From assembly GCA_963792585.1 (NCBI GenBank), contig CAWBWI010000001.1, positions 1,280,001 to 1,344,000 on the forward strand: a DNA stretch of 64,000 bases, in the 5' to 3' direction. The DNA comes from Candidatus Eiseniibacteriota bacterium. Lineage in GTDB: Bacteria > Eisenbacteria > RBG-16-71-46 > CAIMUX01 > VGJL01. The notes under the pieces are model-generated. The model did not search any database. It was not told where the DNA came from and saw nothing but the letters and a program-made list of their open reading frames with translations. Both the position numbers and the translations under genes were made by a program. Positions 41,957 through 50,057 of this stretch are shown here, piece after piece (position 1 is the stretch's first letter; each line of letters begins with the position of its first letter).

Positions 41957-42610
41957 ATGGAACCACACGGGTCCCCTGATCCTTGGGTCGCGGAGCGCAT
42001 CCAACTCGTTGCGCCAGACGCCTTGAGACCCTACGCGGCCAACCCACGGACCCACAGCGAGGAGCAGGTCGCCCGCATCGCCGCGAGCATCATCGAGCGG
42101 GGCTTCACCAACCCTATCCTGGTTGACAGCGAGGGAGGGGTGATCGCCGGCCACGGTCGACTCCTGGCAGCCAAGAAGCTCGGGCTGGAACACGTCCCGG
42201 TGATCGAGTTGGGCCACCTGAGCCCAGCCCAGAGGCGCGCCCTGGTCATCGCGGACAACAAGCTGGCCCTGGATGCAGGGTGGGATGAGCCGCTCCTGCA
42301 GGCGGAGCTGAGGGCGCTGGAGGCGGACGGCCTGACCCTCGCTTCTGCGGGATTCTCGGATGGGGAGCTGGCAGAGATGGAGGCTCGGCTCTTCGCGCCA
42401 CCCGAGCATGACGGGGACCTCGGCGGGTCACCGGGCCTCGGGACCCCGGTCATCTCCTTCACGATCATCTTCGACGATCAGGAGCAGCAGGACTACTGGT
42501 TCGCCTTCGTCCGCTGGCTCAAGGGCGTGCCCAGCGCCCCGGATGCCACGGTCGCCTCGAGGTTGATCGCCTACCTGCAGGCAGTCTCTGACACGAGGCG
42601 GCAAAGGTGA
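41957..42610 (+). CDS. ParB/Srx N-terminal domain protein of the type usually fused to phage methylases; methylase domain absent here
   Basis: PYAANPRTHSEEQVARIAASI..GFTNPILVD...IAGHGRLLAAKKLG...ADNKLALDAGWD. Confidence 0.88.
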   Translation: MEPHGSPDPWVAERIQLVAPDALRPYAANPRTHSEEQVARIAASIIERGFTNPILVDSEGGVIAGHGRLLAAKKLGLEHVPVIELGHLSPAQRRALVIADNKLALDAGWDEPLLQAELRALEADGLTLASAGFSDGELAEMEARLFAPPEHDGDLGGSPGLGTPVISFTIIFDDQEQQDYWFAFVRWLKGVPSAPDATVASRLIAYLQAVSDTRRQR

Positions 42611-43659
42611 GCCGGCAGAAGGTCTACCTCGAGACGGACGTTCTCACGGAGGCTCGGCGCCGGATGCACCACGTCTACGACATCTTCGACTCCGTGGTCG
42701 TCATGTTCTCAGGCGGGAAGGACTCCCTGGCGACCCTCCATCTGGTCAAGGGCGTTGCCGCGGAGCGCGGAATCGGGACCGTCAACGTGATCTTCAGGGA
42801 CGAGGAGCTGATCCCGGAGTCCGTGATTGACCTCGTGGACTCCTACCGGCAGCTCCCGTGGATCAGGATGCTCTGGTTCGCCGTTCCCCTGCGGTCCAGC
42901 GAGTACGTCCTGGGCGTCGCCAAGGAGTACATCCAGTGGGACCCCGCTCGGCGACACGTTCGGCCCGCGCCCCCGTGGGCGATCCGCCTGCCCGAGGGCG
43001 ACAGGCGGGTGTTCGATCAGTACACGATGGACGAACTCGAGGCGACCTACTTCCGCGGGAAGATCGCATTCGTCACCGGCATCCGAGCGGATGAGTCCCT
43101 TATCCGCTACCGATCCTGTGTGAACAAGCTCAATGAGAACTACATCGTGGCGAGCCTGGCCAGCCGCAACGTCCAGCTGGTCAGGCCGATCTACGACTGG
43201 ACGGAGAATGACGTCTTCAAGTTCTTCATGGACCACGGCGTCACCTACTGCCCTCTGTACGACCATCAGCTCTGGGCCGGCACGGCCCTGAGAGTCAGCA
43301 CGCCTCTGCACTCTGAGGCATCCAAGCGGTTCCACACTCTGAAGCTCTACGCGCCCACCCTCTATGCCCAGGTGATCGACGTCTTCCCGGAGATGCTCAC
43401 CCACGAGCGGTACTACCGGGACCTGGACCGAGCTTCGATCATCGAGCAGTACGGCAAGAGCTTCGATGGGGTGAGGGCGTGGATCTTCGAACACATCGAG
43501 GATGAGAAGGTTCAACGCCAGGCCCTCATGCGTCTGGATCACATCCGCACCGCCGCCCGCCGATCCCCAGGGAGCTACCCGGCCGATTACGTCCTGAAGT
43601 ACATGATGAGCGGAACGTACAAGCGCAACATCCTACCGCTGAGGAAGGAGAAACCATGA
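42607..43659 (+). CDS. PAPS-reductase-like PP-loop protein (IbrA/YbdN family)
   Basis: DVLTEARRRM, FSGGKDS, GIRADES..R, PIYDW, RVSTP. Confidence 0.88.
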   Translation: MSRQKVYLETDVLTEARRRMHHVYDIFDSVVVMFSGGKDSLATLHLVKGVAAERGIGTVNVIFRDEELIPESVIDLVDSYRQLPWIRMLWFAVPLRSSEYVLGVAKEYIQWDPARRHVRPAPPWAIRLPEGDRRVFDQYTMDELEATYFRGKIAFVTGIRADESLIRYRSCVNKLNENYIVASLASRNVQLVRPIYDWTENDVFKFFMDHGVTYCPLYDHQLWAGTALRVSTPLHSEASKRFHTLKLYAPTLYAQVIDVFPEMLTHERYYRDLDRASIIEQYGKSFDGVRAWIFEHIEDEKVQRQALMRLDHIRTAARRSPGSYPADYVLKYMMSGTYKRNILPLRKEKP

Positions 43660-43874
43660 AAGGCACGCCAAGCCCGGAGGAGCACCCAATGCCGGAGCCA
43701 CTGCTGACCGTGGGCTATATCGCGCGGCTCTTCGGAGTTCCGGTCTCGTGGGTCTACTCGAAAGCGGAGCAGGGCGAGATCCCGAGCTACAAGATCGGCC
43801 GATACCGCCGCTTCGTTCGCGCCGAGATTGAGGCCTGGTTGGAGACGCAGAAGCAAGGAGGGGTCCGAGAATGA
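43656..43874 (+). CDS. HTH_17/excisionase-family DNA-binding protein
   Basis: LLTVGYIARLFGV..SWVY...GEIPSYKIGRYRRF...EIEAWL. Confidence 0.85.
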   Translation: MKGTPSPEEHPMPEPLLTVGYIARLFGVPVSWVYSKAEQGEIPSYKIGRYRRFVRAEIEAWLETQKQGGVRE

Positions 43875-44440
43875 AGAGCTCACCTCCCGAACTCTGCCAG
43901 AGCGATGACGGCACATCGAGCGAGTGCCCCGATCCCATCAATCGGGTCCGCTGGAGACCGGCCGGCGAGCTTGACGCCAACTTCTGGAACCCAAATGTCG
44001 TCTTCAACCCCGAGCTGCGCCTTCTCGAGCAGAACATCCTGAGGCATGGCTGGATCCAACCCATCCTCGTGAACCCCAACGGCATCATCATCGACGGCTT
44101 CCACCGCTGGCGCCTGAGCCTGGAGAGCAAGGCCCTGCAGGAGCGCTACCACGGGATGGTCCCGTGCGTGGTCCTCGAGATGACGGACGGAGACGCCATG
44201 CTCCTGACCGTCCGGATGAACCGGGCGCGTGGCACCCACGTCGCCGGCAGAATGGCGACCCTCGTCCAGCGGCTCCTCGATGAACATCACTACGCGCCCG
44301 AGCAGATCGCGGCGGAGATCGGCGCGACCGCCGATGAAGTCGCGCTGCTTTCACAGAAGAACGTGTTCAAGGCTCGCAACCTCCCGGCCTACCGATACAG
44401 CAAGGCATGGGTCCCAACGGAAGATGGGAAACGCTCCTGA
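43871..44440 (+). CDS. ParB-like nuclease domain protein (IbrB/YbdM family)
   Basis: ANFWNPN, GWIQPIL, IIDGFHR, TVRMNRARGTH. Confidence 0.88.
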   Translation: MKSSPPELCQSDDGTSSECPDPINRVRWRPAGELDANFWNPNVVFNPELRLLEQNILRHGWIQPILVNPNGIIIDGFHRWRLSLESKALQERYHGMVPCVVLEMTDGDAMLLTVRMNRARGTHVAGRMATLVQRLLDEHHYAPEQIAAEIGATADEVALLSQKNVFKARNLPAYRYSKAWVPTEDGKRS

Positions 44441-44609
44441 ACTCCGCGCTCTGATTGGCGCATGTGAAGGTGCTCTTGAACTGCAGGATTCACAATACAT
44501 TCAGGACGCGCGCAGAATCCTGAACTCTGCACTCATCATGGAAACAAAGATGGCGAATGACGTTGCACTCCCGACTCAGCGTCCGAGACTTATAGCAAGG
44601 AGGTGCAGC

Positions 44610-44939
44610 ATGCACACTGACACGATGCAGTTGCAGTTGACGAGTGAGAGCGCGGTTGACCGATTCGGACTGGCCTTCGCCGAGGCCTGCATGAAGGCGA
44701 CCGTCGATGAGGCACTCCGGCGCGGGTGGACCGGCGAGCGGTTGAGAGCAGAGGCGGAGCGGTTCTGTGACGTGATCCGCGAGGAGGCGGTCATTGAAGT
44801 GAAGTGGGTTGCTGACCAGGGGCGTGAGGTTCTCGACCTGGTGGACGCGGGCAGGATGGGCCCCGGGTACCTGGACATCACCTTCAAGGCCGGCGTCGCC
44901 GCAGTGGTAGCCAGGTCCATGAAGCGGATGGAGGCCTAA
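44610..44939 (+). CDS. Hypothetical phage protein
   Basis: AAGGAGG RBS before ATG 44610. Confidence 0.65.
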   Translation: MHTDTMQLQLTSESAVDRFGLAFAEACMKATVDEALRRGWTGERLRAEAERFCDVIREEAVIEVKWVADQGREVLDLVDAGRMGPGYLDITFKAGVAAVVARSMKRMEA

Positions 44940-44942
44940 CCG

Positions 44943-45188
44943 ATGAGGGCCTGCGAAGTGTTCGAGATTGAGCAGGACGAGCGCCCGACGGGACGCTACG
45001 CCTGCGGCGAGGCCTTCAATGCGAGTAGGCGCTGGCTGCGCCGCGTGGAGAGGGAAGGGCGCAGAGTCCGCCGTTACACGCTTGACGCGGCTTTTGACGC
45101 GATCCCCGAAGGCACCGAGTTGTGGGCCTTCCCTAACGGTGGAGGCTGGTCCCTGTGGGCGGTGGTGAAGCCAAGGCGGGAGAGCTGA
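44943..45188 (+). CDS. Small hypothetical phage protein
   Basis: GGAGG RBS; tight operon spacing. Confidence 0.6.
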   Translation: MRACEVFEIEQDERPTGRYACGEAFNASRRWLRRVEREGRRVRRYTLDAAFDAIPEGTELWAFPNGGGWSLWAVVKPRRES

Positions 45189-45189
45189 G

Positions 45190-45855
45190 ATGGCGTCCGG
45201 AATGTTCACCTACTGGCTCGAAGGACGGGACAACCCGGCCGATCCGTGGAGGCGGTTGAAGAGCGCAGAGTTCCAAGCCCGTGGCGACTCCAGGGCTCTG
45301 CAGCTGTTCCGGACAGCGAAGCGGAGGCCGACCTACCGACTCTGGAAGCTGCGGTTGATGTGCGATGAGGGGAACGGGTTGAGCGGGCAGGTGGGGTCCG
45401 AAGTGACACGGGCGACATACCGGAAGGAGGTTCCAGTGGAAGACCCGGGAGCGGTCAAGCTCCAAGCAGTGGACTACGAGGCGGCCAGCAAATACAAATC
45501 CGCGGCTGCCAGGGAGCACGTGAGCATCTCAGAGACGCAACGCACTTACTGGTTCTATGTGGTCAAGGGAGATGAGGGAGTGGTCGGCGTTGTGGGTTTG
45601 ATGCTGGTGTCCGGGGGCGCAGTGAGGATCAAGGGGGTCTACATACAGAAGGAGTTCCGAGGTCAGGGGATCGGGACCGCGGTGACGGACGCACTTGAGA
45701 CACACGCGGTCAATGAACTCCATGCAACGACGATCGAGGCCTACGCCTACAACCGGGCCTTCTACGAGGGGCGCAGCTACGAGGCGGTCGGAACGCGGCC
45801 GAACGGTGCGGTGCTGCTGCGCAAGAGGTGCAACGCATCCGCGGAGGCGAAGTGA
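45190..45855 (+). CDS. GNAT-family acetyltransferase (possible internal start GTG 45436)
   Basis: VVGVVGL...IKGVYIQKEFRGQGIGTA...FYEGRSY (motif A R/QxxGxG); AAGGAGG before in-frame GTG 45436. Confidence 0.82.
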   Translation: MASGMFTYWLEGRDNPADPWRRLKSAEFQARGDSRALQLFRTAKRRPTYRLWKLRLMCDEGNGLSGQVGSEVTRATYRKEVPVEDPGAVKLQAVDYEAASKYKSAAAREHVSISETQRTYWFYVVKGDEGVVGVVGLMLVSGGAVRIKGVYIQKEFRGQGIGTAVTDALETHAVNELHATTIEAYAYNRAFYEGRSYEAVGTRPNGAVLLRKRCNASAEAK

Positions 45856-46160
45856 ACCTGCTACTCAAGACCTGGGGGCACGAGATTGCACCCCTGGATC
45901 CTGATTCGGACATTCGATGCACGGGGGTTCAACCGAAGAAGGGCGAGCCGCGGTGCTCCGCGCGTGCGGTCTACCGCGCATGGGCGTGTTACGTGACCGG
46001 TCCGCGAGGACGCCACGGGCGGCGATCCATGAACTACTGCCCCGAGTGCGTCACGAAGTGGGCGCGCTGGATGGAGATTGATCCACCAGTCGTGAAGATG
46101 GACGAGATTGAAACCGAGGACCTGACGGTCACGGTGAACGGAGAGGAGGCACCCTTTTGA
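45852..46160 (+). CDS. Small Cys-containing hypothetical protein
   Basis: GTGA overlap; C...C...CPEC potential Zn ligands. Confidence 0.55.
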   Translation: MNLLLKTWGHEIAPLDPDSDIRCTGVQPKKGEPRCSARAVYRAWACYVTGPRGRHGRRSMNYCPECVTKWARWMEIDPPVVKMDEIETEDLTVTVNGEEAPF

Positions 46161-46903
46161 GCACGCGGCGTGAGCGATTAGAGCGTAGGGCGGAGCGGCG
46201 CCGGCAGTGGGCGGGGCGCGCGAGCCACAAGTCCGCGGCTGGATTCGAGAGCGCCCGGAGGATCGCCGACGCGATCCCCTTCGGGCAACCGATCCTAGTT
46301 GGGCACCATTCGGAGCGGCACGCGCGCCGGGACCAGGAGCGGATCGAGAACGGAATGCGCAAGGGGTGCGAGATGGCCACGAAGGCTAAGGACCACCTTT
46401 CGAAGGCGGACGGGATCGAGGCGGCGCTCGAGCGGGCGGTCTTCGATGACGATCCGGACGCGATTGAGCGCCTCGAGGAACGCATCGCGAAACTGACCGC
46501 GAAGCGGGACCTGATGAAGGCCGCGAACGCATGGTGGAAGAAGCATGCAACGATGGCCGGGTTCGAAGGCGTCACACCGGAGCGGGCGGCCCGGATGGAT
46601 GACGACATCCGAGCATCCTGGGACAAGCGGCCCTGGCCTCCCTACTCCCTGACGAACATCGGCGCGCGCATCCGGACGGATCAGAAGCGAATCGAACAGG
46701 TGAGGGCGCGCCAGGCACGTCTTGAGAAGGCGGAGGAGGCCGGCGTCTTGGTCGAAGATGCCGGCGAGGGCTACGTCCGCGTGACGTTCCCGGAGTTCCC
46801 CGGCCGCGAGATCATCCAGGGGCTTAAGGCTGCGGGGTTCTGGTGGAGCAATCCAAGCTGGGCCGGAAAGGCTGAGAACCTTCCGGAAGGGGTGAGGCCA
46901 TGA
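46157..46903 (+). CDS. DUF3560 domain protein
   Basis: IPFGQPILVGHHSERHARR; DDPDAIERLEERIAKL; LKAAGFWWS. Confidence 0.85.
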   Translation: MSTRRERLERRAERRRQWAGRASHKSAAGFESARRIADAIPFGQPILVGHHSERHARRDQERIENGMRKGCEMATKAKDHLSKADGIEAALERAVFDDDPDAIERLEERIAKLTAKRDLMKAANAWWKKHATMAGFEGVTPERAARMDDDIRASWDKRPWPPYSLTNIGARIRTDQKRIEQVRARQARLEKAEEAGVLVEDAGEGYVRVTFPEFPGREIIQGLKAAGFWWSNPSWAGKAENLPEGVRP

Positions 46904-47205
46904 CGACTCCCGAACAGCTCGAACGGTTCCGCGCGCTCCTCGAGCAGGAGCAGAACGAGAAACTCGCGAGGGATTACCCGGGTGTCGGCCCCTACATCGC
47001 GGAGGTAAAGCTCGGCTCCAAGTTCGCGAAAGTGGACATCGGGCCACCGAGCAACATGAGCGGCCGCTACATGGTCGAGCTCGGAACAGGCGACATCTAC
47101 GGGATCAAGGGCTACGGCGTGGTCCACCGCGGGCACAGGTACGGGAACATCCAACACGTCGAGCAATGGGACTGGAGCGGCTACACCGGATGGAGGCGCC
47201 CTTGA
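46900..47205 (+). CDS. Small phage protein
   Basis: ATGA overlap; GSKFAKV...MVELGTGDIY...RYGNI pattern resembles small phage proteins. Confidence 0.65.
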   Translation: MTTPEQLERFRALLEQEQNEKLARDYPGVGPYIAEVKLGSKFAKVDIGPPSNMSGRYMVELGTGDIYGIKGYGVVHRGHRYGNIQHVEQWDWSGYTGWRRP

Positions 47206-47636
47206 AGCCCTATAACGGCTTCACACCGGAGCAGAGGCTGAAGGCGCTCTACTGGCTGCGCAAGCAGCAGAAGGATGGTCTGAGAGCACGGCCGGTGATC
47301 TGCGATGTCTGTGGACAGACTCAAGGTACGATCGATGACCACTCAGAGGACTACAGCGAACCGTTCGGCGACAACATCGGACGCTTCGGGCTCTGCTTCC
47401 GCTGCCACATGATCGTCCACTGCCGATTTCGATCCCCGGAATCCTTTGAGACCTACAGGCGACTGATCATGACGGGCATCCGATTCGCACCGGTATATGG
47501 CAGGAACTTCAAAGTGATTGTAGGCGAGCACCTCGACAACCAACTGACCCCGACGTTCACGACGCATGCGCCCCCGGACACGGACCTCCTGGAGAGAATC
47601 GCCGCCGGCGAGTTCGGACCGAAAACGGGAGACTGA
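47202..47636 (+). CDS. HNH-like zinc-binding protein upstream of the terminase
   Basis: CDVC...DDHSEDYS...LCFRCHMIVH; TTGA overlap. Confidence 0.6.
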   Translation: MKPYNGFTPEQRLKALYWLRKQQKDGLRARPVICDVCGQTQGTIDDHSEDYSEPFGDNIGRFGLCFRCHMIVHCRFRSPESFETYRRLIMTGIRFAPVYGRNFKVIVGEHLDNQLTPTFTTHAPPDTDLLERIAAGEFGPKTGD

Positions 47637-47640
47637 GCGC

Positions 47641-48147
47641 GTGGCCAGAGAGCTGGTAAACCAGGCTGAGTACGCTCGCCGGCGAGGAGTGAGCCGGCAG
47701 GCCGTCTCCAAGGCTATCCGGAGCGGGCGCATCAAGCTGGTACGCGGCAAGATCGACACCACGCTGGCGGACGCTCAATGGCGCGCCAATACGGACCCGG
47801 CGCCCGAGTTCGGGGTCAAAGACGTCGATGAGGGACCCAAGGCGAAGGAGGGGCTCCCTCCGTCGAGCTTGAGCTACACCACGAGCCGGGCGATTCGGGA
47901 GGCTTACAGCGCTCGCCTCACCCGCCTTGAGTATGAGGAAAAGGTCGGGGAGCTGATCAGCGCGGACAAAGTCAGGCTCCAGGCTTTCAACTCCGCGCGA
48001 AGGGCGCGGGACCTGCTCCTCGCGATCCCGGACCGGGTGGCCCCGATCGTTGCCGGGATCCCCGATCAACTTGAGTGCCACCGCATCCTGCTTCAGGAAA
48101 TCCACCGCGTCTGCGATGAGTTGAGCAATGCCCCCCCCAGAGATTGA
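47641..48147 (+). CDS. Terminase small subunit (Nu1-like)
   Basis: NQAEYARRRGVSRQAVSKAI winged HTH; RLEYEEKVGELI...ARDLLLAIPDR; overlaps TerL. Confidence 0.82.
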   Translation: MARELVNQAEYARRRGVSRQAVSKAIRSGRIKLVRGKIDTTLADAQWRANTDPAPEFGVKDVDEGPKAKEGLPPSSLSYTTSRAIREAYSARLTRLEYEEKVGELISADKVRLQAFNSARRARDLLLAIPDRVAPIVAGIPDQLECHRILLQEIHRVCDELSNAPPRD

Positions 48148-49984
48148 GGTCTACGAATCCGCATTCGCCGAAGGGTGGGCAGCGGAGCCCATCCTCACGG
48201 TCAGCGAATGGGCGGACGCCCACCGGATGCTCTCCTCGAAGGCCAGCTCGGAGGCGGGACACTGGAGGACGGACCGGACCCCGTACCTCCGGGAGATCAT
48301 GGACAGCCTGAGCGCCGTCGATCCCGTCCAACGGGTGGTCTTCATGAAGGGCTCCCAGCTCGGAGCCACGGAATGCGGGAACAACTGGATCGGCTACATC
48401 GTCCACCATGCTCCCGGCCCGGCGCTCATGGTCCAACCGACCGTGGAGATCGCCCGCAGGGTGAGCAAGCAGCGCCTCGCGCCCATGATTGAGGCGACCG
48501 CGGTGCTCAGTAAGCGGGTTTCGGAGCCGAGGTCCAGGGACTCAGGGAATACGACCTTCGTCAAGGAGTTCCCAGGAGGTCTGCTGATCCTCACCGGATC
48601 CAACTCTGGCGCCGGCCTACGGTCCATGCCGATCCGCTACCTGTTCTGCGATGAGATCGATGAGTACCCCGGCGATGTCGACGGCCAGGGGGATCCGATC
48701 AGTCTCGCGGAGAAGAGGACCGCGACCTTCGCTCGGCGGAAGGTGTTCCTTGTGAGCACCCCGACGATCATGGACTTCTCCCGCATCGAGCGGGAGTTCA
48801 AGCGCTCTGACCAGCGTCGGTACTACGTTCCCTGCCCCGGGTGCGGGAACTTCGACTGGATCCGCTGGGAGAACGTCCACTGGCAGGAGGGTGAGCCGGA
48901 GACGGTCACGCTCGCATGCGTCGCGTGCGGGGAGCTGGTCTCGGAGGGTCAGAAGACGGAGATGCTCGCTCGAGGGGAGTGGCGACCGACCGCGGGTGGC
49001 GACGGCCGGACCCGAGGCTACCACCTGAGCGGTCTCTACTCTCCCGTCGGCTGGAACTCATGGGAGGCGATCGTCCGGGAGTTCATCTCCGCCAAGCAGG
49101 ACCCGTTCAAGCTCAAGACCTGGATCAACACGATCCTCGGGGAGACCTGGGAGGAGAGAGGCGAGACGGTCAATGACTCCGTGCTCTTCGCCCGCCGGGA
49201 GGAGTATCCCGCGGAGGCCCCAGCCGGCGCCCTCGTCCTGACTGCCGGCGTGGACATCCAGGATGACCGGATCGAGCTGGAGGTCGTCGGCTGGGGGCCC
49301 GGCGAGGAGAGTTGGGCAATTGACTACCGCGTCCTTTATGGCAGCCCGGGCGAGCAGCCGGTGTGGACGGCGCTATCGGACTTCTTCGAGCAGACCTACG
49401 AGAACGAGGCCGGGGAGAGGGTGCGTGTCTCCGCTGCCTGCATTGACTCCGGCGGTCACCATACTCAGAACGTCTATCACTTCTGCCGGAGCCGGCGGGC
49501 CCGGCGGATCTTCGCGATCAAGGGAGTGTCCGGTGTCGGTCGCCCCGTCGTCTCCTCTCCGATGCATCGCAGGAGCGGTCGCAACCGGCGCCCCGTGGAG
49601 CTGTTCATGGTCGGCGTGGATGAGGCAAAGGGTCTGATCTACTCCCGCCTGAGGCTCAAGGAGCCCGGCCCAGGCTACTGCCACTTCCCCATCCGGAAGG
49701 AATTCGACGAGGAGTACTTCGCCCAGCTGGCGGCCGAGAAGATCATGACCCGATATCACAAGGGGTTCCCACGGCGCGAGTGGGTCAAGACCCGTCCACG
49801 GAACGAGGCTCTGGATTGCCGGGTCTACGCTCTTGCAGCATTGGAGCTATTGAATCCTGTATGGCCGGCGCTTGTGAGGCGAGCGGCGGAGCGGGCGGCA
49901 GCAAGATTAGGCCCGCCGAAGCCGGCGGCAACGAGGGAGCCGCTCCGGCGGTCGCAGAGAAGGAACTGGGTCAACTCGTGGTAG
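48128..49984 (+). CDS. Phage terminase large subunit, lambda GpA family
   Basis: TVSEWAD, TPYLREIMD, KGSQLGAT, CDEID, STPT, CPGC/CVAC, AGVDIQDDR, IDSGG, RNEALDC. Confidence 0.95.
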   Translation: MPPPEIEVYESAFAEGWAAEPILTVSEWADAHRMLSSKASSEAGHWRTDRTPYLREIMDSLSAVDPVQRVVFMKGSQLGATECGNNWIGYIVHHAPGPALMVQPTVEIARRVSKQRLAPMIEATAVLSKRVSEPRSRDSGNTTFVKEFPGGLLILTGSNSGAGLRSMPIRYLFCDEIDEYPGDVDGQGDPISLAEKRTATFARRKVFLVSTPTIMDFSRIEREFKRSDQRRYYVPCPGCGNFDWIRWENVHWQEGEPETVTLACVACGELVSEGQKTEMLARGEWRPTAGGDGRTRGYHLSGLYSPVGWNSWEAIVREFISAKQDPFKLKTWINTILGETWEERGETVNDSVLFARREEYPAEAPAGALVLTAGVDIQDDRIELEVVGWGPGEESWAIDYRVLYGSPGEQPVWTALSDFFEQTYENEAGERVRVSAACIDSGGHHTQNVYHFCRSRRARRIFAIKGVSGVGRPVVSSPMHRRSGRNRRPVELFMVGVDEAKGLIYSRLRLKEPGPGYCHFPIRKEFDEEYFAQLAAEKIMTRYHKGFPRREWVKTRPRNEALDCRVYALAALELLNPVWPALVRRAAERAAARLGPPKPAATREPLRRSQRRNWVNSW

Positions 49985-50057
49985 TAGCCGATCATGCAGA
50001 TCGCTGCACTTCGCCTGGTGGCGCCGAGCAGCCCAACCGTGGACGCTCGCAATCTTC

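Larger units (their letters stand above)
36925..49984 (+). mobile_element. Integrated phage-satellite-like or defective prophage element; right boundary not seen and probably extends through the defence island
   Basis: tRNA att fragment, integrase, AlpA, replication helicase, cos-like site, HNH/TerS/TerL. Confidence 0.85.

Noticed and set aside
42607..43659. cysH for sulfate assimilation, or a canonical Dnd/Ssp phosphorothioation system
   Set aside because: No cys genes or dndA/D/E/ssp partners in the window; phage context and IbrB partner fit the IbrA family.
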